Shown here: positions 38,542-43,239 of the stretch, one piece after another
How the letters are laid out: each line of letters opens with the position of its first letter
Position numbering within the stretch: the first letter of the stretch is position 1
NCBI GenBank assembly: GCA_049647445.1
Contig: JBARXR010000174.1
Location: forward strand, 1-43,239
Reading direction: 5' to 3'
DNA: 43,239 nt
DNA from: Jannaschia sp.
Lineage (GTDB): Bacteria > Pseudomonadota > Alphaproteobacteria > Rhodobacterales > Rhodobacteraceae
Program-made: the position numbers and the translations under genes
Notes under the pieces: generated by a model
Told to the model about the DNA's origin: nothing
The model's input: the letters and a program-made list of their open reading frames with translations, nothing else
Database searches by the model: none

Positions 38542-40016
38542 CGGATCAAAGCGTTTTTCCCGATCCGACCTACAAGGAGACGGTGCTCGCCCCCCTCTTT
38601 GAAGGTGTGAAAACCCACTATGCCGGACACATGGCGGCGATCAATCGGGCCCACCTCGTGATGCTGGTCGAGACCGGCATCCTGTCGGGCGCGGACGGGC
38701 GGCAGATCGCGCAGGCGCTGGATGCCATCGACAGGGACACCGATTTGGCGGCACTGACCTATACCGGCGAATTTGAAGACTATTTCTTTTTTGTCGAGGC
38801 AGACCTGCGCCGCCGTCTGGGCGATCTTGGCGGAGCGCTGCACACCGCCCGCTCGCGCAACGACATGGATCACACGCAATTCAAGATGGCCCTGCGCACA
38901 CGTTCCGAAACGATGCTGGCGCAAATCACCGCTTTGATCGAGGCCCTTGTGACCAAGGCGCGGGCAGAAGCCGCCACGTTGATCGTGGCCTATACCCACG
39001 GCCAACCGGCGCAACCCACCACATTCGGCCACTATCTGGCTGCGATGATCGAGGTTCTGATCCGTGACGCGCAGCGCCTGTCACATGCCATCGACAACCT
39101 TGGCCATTGTCCGATGGGGGCCGCCGCCATTACGACGTCGGGGTTTCCGATCGACCGTATCCGGATGGCTGACCTTCTCGGCTTTGACGGTCCGCAGGTG
39201 AATTCCTATGGCTGCATCGCGTCGGTCGACTATGTCACCGGTCTCTATTCCGCGGTAAAACTGGTGTTCCTGCATCTGGGCCGCGTCGTTCAAGATCTGG
39301 CATTCTGGTCCAGTTTCGAGGTGGCGCAGCTCTATGTCCCCAACGCCCTTGTCCAGATCAGTTCGATCATGCCGCAAAAGCGCAATCCGGTGCCGATCGA
39401 ACACCTGCGCCATCTGGCCTCTGTCACCTGCGGACGGTGCGACATGGTCGTCAACACGATGCACAATACGCCATTCACGGACATGAACGACAGCGAGGGT
39501 GAAGTTCAGCAGGCAGGCTATGCCGCCTTTGACAGCGGTGGGCGCGTGCTGGACCTTCTGCGCGCAGTCTTGCCGGCCTGTTCGATCAATGCCGCGGGCG
39601 TGCGCCGGAATACGGACGCGGCCAGCATCACCATAACGGAGCTTGCCGATACGCTCGTGCGGGATGAAAGGCTGTCGTTTCGGCAGGCACATGAAATTAC
39701 GGCCCATGTGGCGCGTGGCCTGAACGGCACCCCGCTGTCCGACGGCTACGCGGCATTCGTTGCGGCGTTCGAAAACGCCACGGGCCGCCCTTCGAAGCTG
39801 GACAAGGCTGCGTTCCAGATCGCAACCAGCGCGGAAACATTTGTCGGTCGCCGCGACCGCATCGGCGGTCCGGCTCCGGCGGCACTCGAGGCAGCGTTGG
39901 TCGGTTACGGGGCAGAGCTTGATGGGCTGCTCGCGCAGGCGAGCAGACGCAAGACCCGCATCGCCAATGCCGACACGGCGCGCAGCGCAGCATTCGCCCG
40001 TCTGATGGAGACCTGA
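38538..40016 (+). CDS. Argininosuccinate lyase-like enzyme (aspartase/fumarase superfamily C-N lyase)
   Basis: HTARSRND, AYTHGQPAQPTT and the signature SSIMPQKRNP. ATGA-coupled to the permease; context is not arginine biosynthesis. Confidence 0.88.
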   Translation: MTDQSVFPDPTYKETVLAPLFEGVKTHYAGHMAAINRAHLVMLVETGILSGADGRQIAQALDAIDRDTDLAALTYTGEFEDYFFFVEADLRRRLGDLGGALHTARSRNDMDHTQFKMALRTRSETMLAQITALIEALVTKARAEAATLIVAYTHGQPAQPTTFGHYLAAMIEVLIRDAQRLSHAIDNLGHCPMGAAAITTSGFPIDRIRMADLLGFDGPQVNSYGCIASVDYVTGLYSAVKLVFLHLGRVVQDLAFWSSFEVAQLYVPNALVQISSIMPQKRNPVPIEHLRHLASVTCGRCDMVVNTMHNTPFTDMNDSEGEVQQAGYAAFDSGGRVLDLLRAVLPACSINAAGVRRNTDAASITITELADTLVRDERLSFRQAHEITAHVARGLNGTPLSDGYAAFVAAFENATGRPSKLDKAAFQIATSAETFVGRRDRIGGPAPAALEAALVGYGAELDGLLAQASRRKTRIANADTARSAAFARLMET

Positions 40017-40018
40017 CC

Positions 40019-41077
40019 TTGGCCAATCTCGCCCTGCGCAATCTCACCAAGTCTTACGGCAAGACCGAGGTGCTTCACGGGATTTCGCTGGACGTCGCGG
40101 ATGGTGAATTCGTCGTGTTTGTCGGCCCATCAGGTTGCGGCAAATCAACGACGCTGAGGATGATCGCCGGGCTGGAGGAAACCAGCAGTGGCATCATCGA
40201 AATCGGCGGGCGCGAGGTGAACAACCTTGAACCCAAGGAGCGCAACATCGCGATGGTGTTCCAGAACTACGCCATCTACCCGCACATGTCGGTGAGGAAG
40301 AATATCGCCTTCGGCCTGCGATCTTCCAAGGCCGCGAAGGCCGAAAAGGAAAAACGTATACAGGAGGTTGCTGGCATTCTCGACATGACGGACCTGCTGG
40401 ACCGCAAGCCGGATCAATTGTCGGGCGGCCAGCGTCAACGGGTCGCCATCGGGCGCGCGATGGTGCGCGATCCCGATGTGTTCCTGTTTGATGAACCGCT
40501 GTCGAACCTGGACGCCCAACTGCGGACGCAGATGCGGCTGGAGATCAAGAAGCTGCATCAGCGGGTAGGCAACACGATCATCTTCGTGACCCACGATCAG
40601 GTGGAGGCGATGACGATGGCGGACCGGATCGTCATTATGAAAGATGGTCATATCCAGCAGATCGGCACTCCGGCCGAGGTCTTTCACAAACCTGCGAACA
40701 CGTTCGTCGCCCGGTTCATCGGTGCCCCGTCGATGAACCTGCTGGCGGGCCGGATCGACGGATCCTTGGTTACACTCGACACAGGCCAGAAGGTGAGGGT
40801 TTCTGCGCGGGCATCATCAGGTGGCGCGGCCGTCCTGTTGGGCGTAAGGCCCGATGACCTACGTCTTGACAGCGGAAACTCGATTGTGACCGGCGCAGTC
40901 ACGTTGCGCGAACCGTTGGGGTCCGAAACACTGATCTACGTCGAAACCGCGCGGGGCGAAATCACCGCAAAGGCCGACGGACGGACACCCCCGAAAGTCG
41001 GGGAGACCGTCGTACTCGGGGCCGCCCCCGAAACCCTCCATGTCTTCGACGCCGCCACTGGAAAGTCGTTGCCGTGA
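40019..41077 (+). CDS. CUT1 ABC transporter ATPase (MalK/UgpC-like)
   Basis: GPSGCGKST, LSGGQRQR, DEPLSNLDA. TTG start after GGAG. Confidence 0.94.
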   Translation: MANLALRNLTKSYGKTEVLHGISLDVADGEFVVFVGPSGCGKSTTLRMIAGLEETSSGIIEIGGREVNNLEPKERNIAMVFQNYAIYPHMSVRKNIAFGLRSSKAAKAEKEKRIQEVAGILDMTDLLDRKPDQLSGGQRQRVAIGRAMVRDPDVFLFDEPLSNLDAQLRTQMRLEIKKLHQRVGNTIIFVTHDQVEAMTMADRIVIMKDGHIQQIGTPAEVFHKPANTFVARFIGAPSMNLLAGRIDGSLVTLDTGQKVRVSARASSGGAAVLLGVRPDDLRLDSGNSIVTGAVTLREPLGSETLIYVETARGEITAKADGRTPPKVGETVVLGAAPETLHVFDAATGKSLP

Positions 41078-41937
41078 GGAAGCCGATCCTATGTGCCGGC
41101 CGCCTCTACTGTGACCTGATCTTTGCGGATGCGCCGCGCATGCCGACGCTCGGAACCGAGGTCTTTGCTCCGGGGCTGTCGCTTCATGCGGGGGGTGGAG
41201 CGTTCATCACCGGGGCGACCTTGGCGGCCATGGGACACGACGTCTGGCAATTTTCGGTGCTGCCCGCTCCGCCGTTCGACGCGATCGTGCAAGCCGAAAT
41301 GACCGGTCATGGCATTGTGGCGTCCGCCTGCAAACCGTCCGCGGTCGGAGCCGATCCGCAAATCACGGTGGCCATCGGCACTCAGGACGACAGGGCATTT
41401 CTGACGCGCATGGTCGATGCGGCAGTGCCGGATCTTGCAAATCTCCAGTTCTCTGACTTTTCCCATTTGCATGTCGGCGAACTCAGGACTCTTCAGGAAA
41501 CACCCGCGCTGTTGGCGAATGCCCGTTCAGCCGGGCTTACGGTGTCGCTCGATTGCAGCTGGCAGGATAGCTACGACAAGGATGCCGCCGCGCTGATTGC
41601 GGATATCGACGTCTTCTTGCCGAATGAACGCGAAGCCGCAGCACTTGCCGCATCGGGGATCGCGGAAACCTGCGCCCGGCTGACAGTCGTGAAATGCGGC
41701 CGGAACGGCGCACGGGCGCGGGGGCGCAACGACCCGACATGGACGCGACATGCCGGTGTCCCGACGAAGGTTCTGGATGCAACCGGCGCGGGGGATGCCT
41801 TCAACGCAGGCTTCTTGTCTTGCTGGCTGGATCGCGCGCCCCTTGAGCGGTGCCTCGCGAAAGGCAATGCCTGCGGCGCAGCGGCGGTGCAGGTGATCGG
41901 CGGCGCAACGAACCTGAAACACGCGATCTCCGCCTAG
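41074..41937 (+). CDS. PfkB family carbohydrate kinase
   Basis: AGGGAFIT, FLPNERE, VVKCG, DATGAGDAFNAGF. Confidence 0.9.
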   Translation: MRKPILCAGRLYCDLIFADAPRMPTLGTEVFAPGLSLHAGGGAFITGATLAAMGHDVWQFSVLPAPPFDAIVQAEMTGHGIVASACKPSAVGADPQITVAIGTQDDRAFLTRMVDAAVPDLANLQFSDFSHLHVGELRTLQETPALLANARSAGLTVSLDCSWQDSYDKDAAALIADIDVFLPNEREAAALAASGIAETCARLTVVKCGRNGARARGRNDPTWTRHAGVPTKVLDATGAGDAFNAGFLSCWLDRAPLERCLAKGNACGAAAVQVIGGATNLKHAISA

Positions 41938-42132
41938 CGCCCCGCGATGCTGTGGCGACGGCGACTTCTGGTCGAAACATGCGAGCCCTGCAGGCTCGCC
42001 GGTCATTCGCGCGGCATCTCGCCGAAAGGACCCTGCGTCTGTCCGCAATGGACTTGTCATCTGTTCCAAGGCGGCGGACCATCGCGCATCGCACGCGAAG
42101 ACGTACCTGAAAGCCATCAGGGAGATTGCCAT

Positions 42133-43239
42133 ATGACGACGATTTCACGCCTCACCTGTCTCGCCTTCGCCGCCTGCATCGCAGCCAGCACCGTCATCGC
42201 CGCCGAGGTTGCCCCGGGTGACACGCTGGCTCCGGATCAGACCTTTTCGTACTCGCTCCTCGACCAATTTCCGACCCTCGATCCGCAACTCAACGAAGAA
42301 ACGGCCGGCAGCCATGTGATCAGCCAGCTCTTCGAAGGACTGACGCGTCAGGACGCCGATGGAAACGTTATCCCCGCCGGGGCCGCATCCTGGACAAGCG
42401 AGGACAACACCGTCTGGACCTTCACGCTGCGCGAGGGCGCCAAGTGGTCGAGCGGAGACCCGGTCACGGCGCGGGATTAGGTTTATGCCTGGCGGCGCGC
42501 GGCTGATCCAGCCACCGCGTCGCCCTATTCATGGTATGTCGAACTTTCCTCGATCAGCGGCGCGGCGGACATAATCGCAGGCACCGCGACACCCGACACA
42601 CTGGGTGTCGAGGCGGTCGACGACTACACCCTCAAGGTAACGCTGACCCAGCCCTTGCCGTTCTTTCCGGCAGTCGTGACCTATGCAACGTTTATGCCGA
42701 CGCATCAGGCCACCATCGACGCGTTCGGTACGGACTGGACCAGGCCGGAAAACATGGTGTCGAACGGCGCCTATACGCTCGCGGAAATTGCGGTCAACGA
42801 ATACTTCAAGTTGGTCAAGAACCCTGAATACTGGGGGGCGGAAGATGTGATCATCACCGAAATCACCGGCTATATCATCAACGACCGCAACCAGTCCCTG
42901 AGCCGCTGGGAAGCGGGAGAGTTCACCATGATGGACGACCTGCCGGCAGGCACCTACCCCGACCTGTTGGCCAAGTACCCGGACGAAACGTTCTCGAACC
43001 CTCGCCTTTGCTCTTACTAGTACACGATCAACTTCACCGATACGGGCAACCCCGCCTTGCAGGACGTGAAGGTGCGTAAGGCGCTCAGCTACATGATAAA
43101 CCGCGAGGTGATCGTCGATCAGGTGCTGAAAGGCGGCCAATCGCCGGCGTTCAACTTTGCCCATGCCGCGACGGCCGGATTCGAGATGCCCGAGATCGAT
43201 TACGCATCCCTGAGCCAGGCGGAACGGATGGAGCAGGCC
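42133..43239 (+). pseudogene. oppA: Oligopeptide ABC transporter binding protein (OppA-like) interrupted by two in-frame TAG codons; runs off the window end
   Basis: One frame from ATG 42133 gives a signal peptide, LFEGL, WTFTLREGAKWSSGDPVTARD*VYAWRRAADPATAS, VSNGAY, NPEYW, PRLCSY*YTIN and DVKVRKALS. Stops at 42478-42480 and 43018-43020. Confidence 0.8.

Noticed and set aside
38538..40016. Calling the lyase argH (arginine biosynthesis)
   Set aside because: Family motifs fit, but it sits inside a sugar importer operon with no arg genes, so the symbol was withheld.
41947..42132. ORF-track N-terminal extension of the oppA-like gene
   Set aside because: ATG 42133 follows a GGGAG RBS and begins a signal peptide; the upstream extension looks non-coding.
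1..43239. CRISPR array, tRNA/rRNA, integrase or transposase, and genome-wide TAG reassignment
   Set aside because: No spaced direct repeats, cloverleaf or recombinase motifs were seen by eye, and several genes end at TAG at their expected C-termini.

Overview
GC-rich alphaproteobacterial DNA, most likely Rhodobacteraceae (inferred from protein style, the GTTC-N7-GTTC LexA box and the repeat type). In order, the window holds six modules. (1) An SOS mutagenesis cassette, imuA-imuB-dnaE2, with a LexA box and an inverted-repeat element between imuB and dnaE2. (2) Zinc uptake genes, znuA divergent from zur-znuC-znuB, around a Zur box. (3) A seven-gene Nit1C (MSMEG_0567-0572/sll0783-0787-type) nitrilase/radical-SAM cluster with a divergent MocR-type regulator. 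(4) An uncharacterised sugar/polyol catabolic island: four SDRs, an FAH-family hydrolase, an FMN alpha-hydroxy-acid oxidase, an atypical M24-fold enzyme, a CUT2 ABC importer and a winged-helix/solute-binding-protein fusion regulator. (5) A ROK-regulated island combining a CUT1 ABC importer, an argininosuccinate-lyase-like C-N lyase, a PfkB kinase, a SIS-domain deaminase/deglycase, a large PIG-L deacetylase and a DMT exporter, suggesting an undescribed pathway for an aminosugar-aspartate-type conjugate. (6) An oppA-like gene running off the window end, intact except for two in-frame TAG codons at aromatic-residue positions. No rRNA, tRNA, CRISPR array or transposase was recognised. All calls come from motif recognition; no database searches were run.
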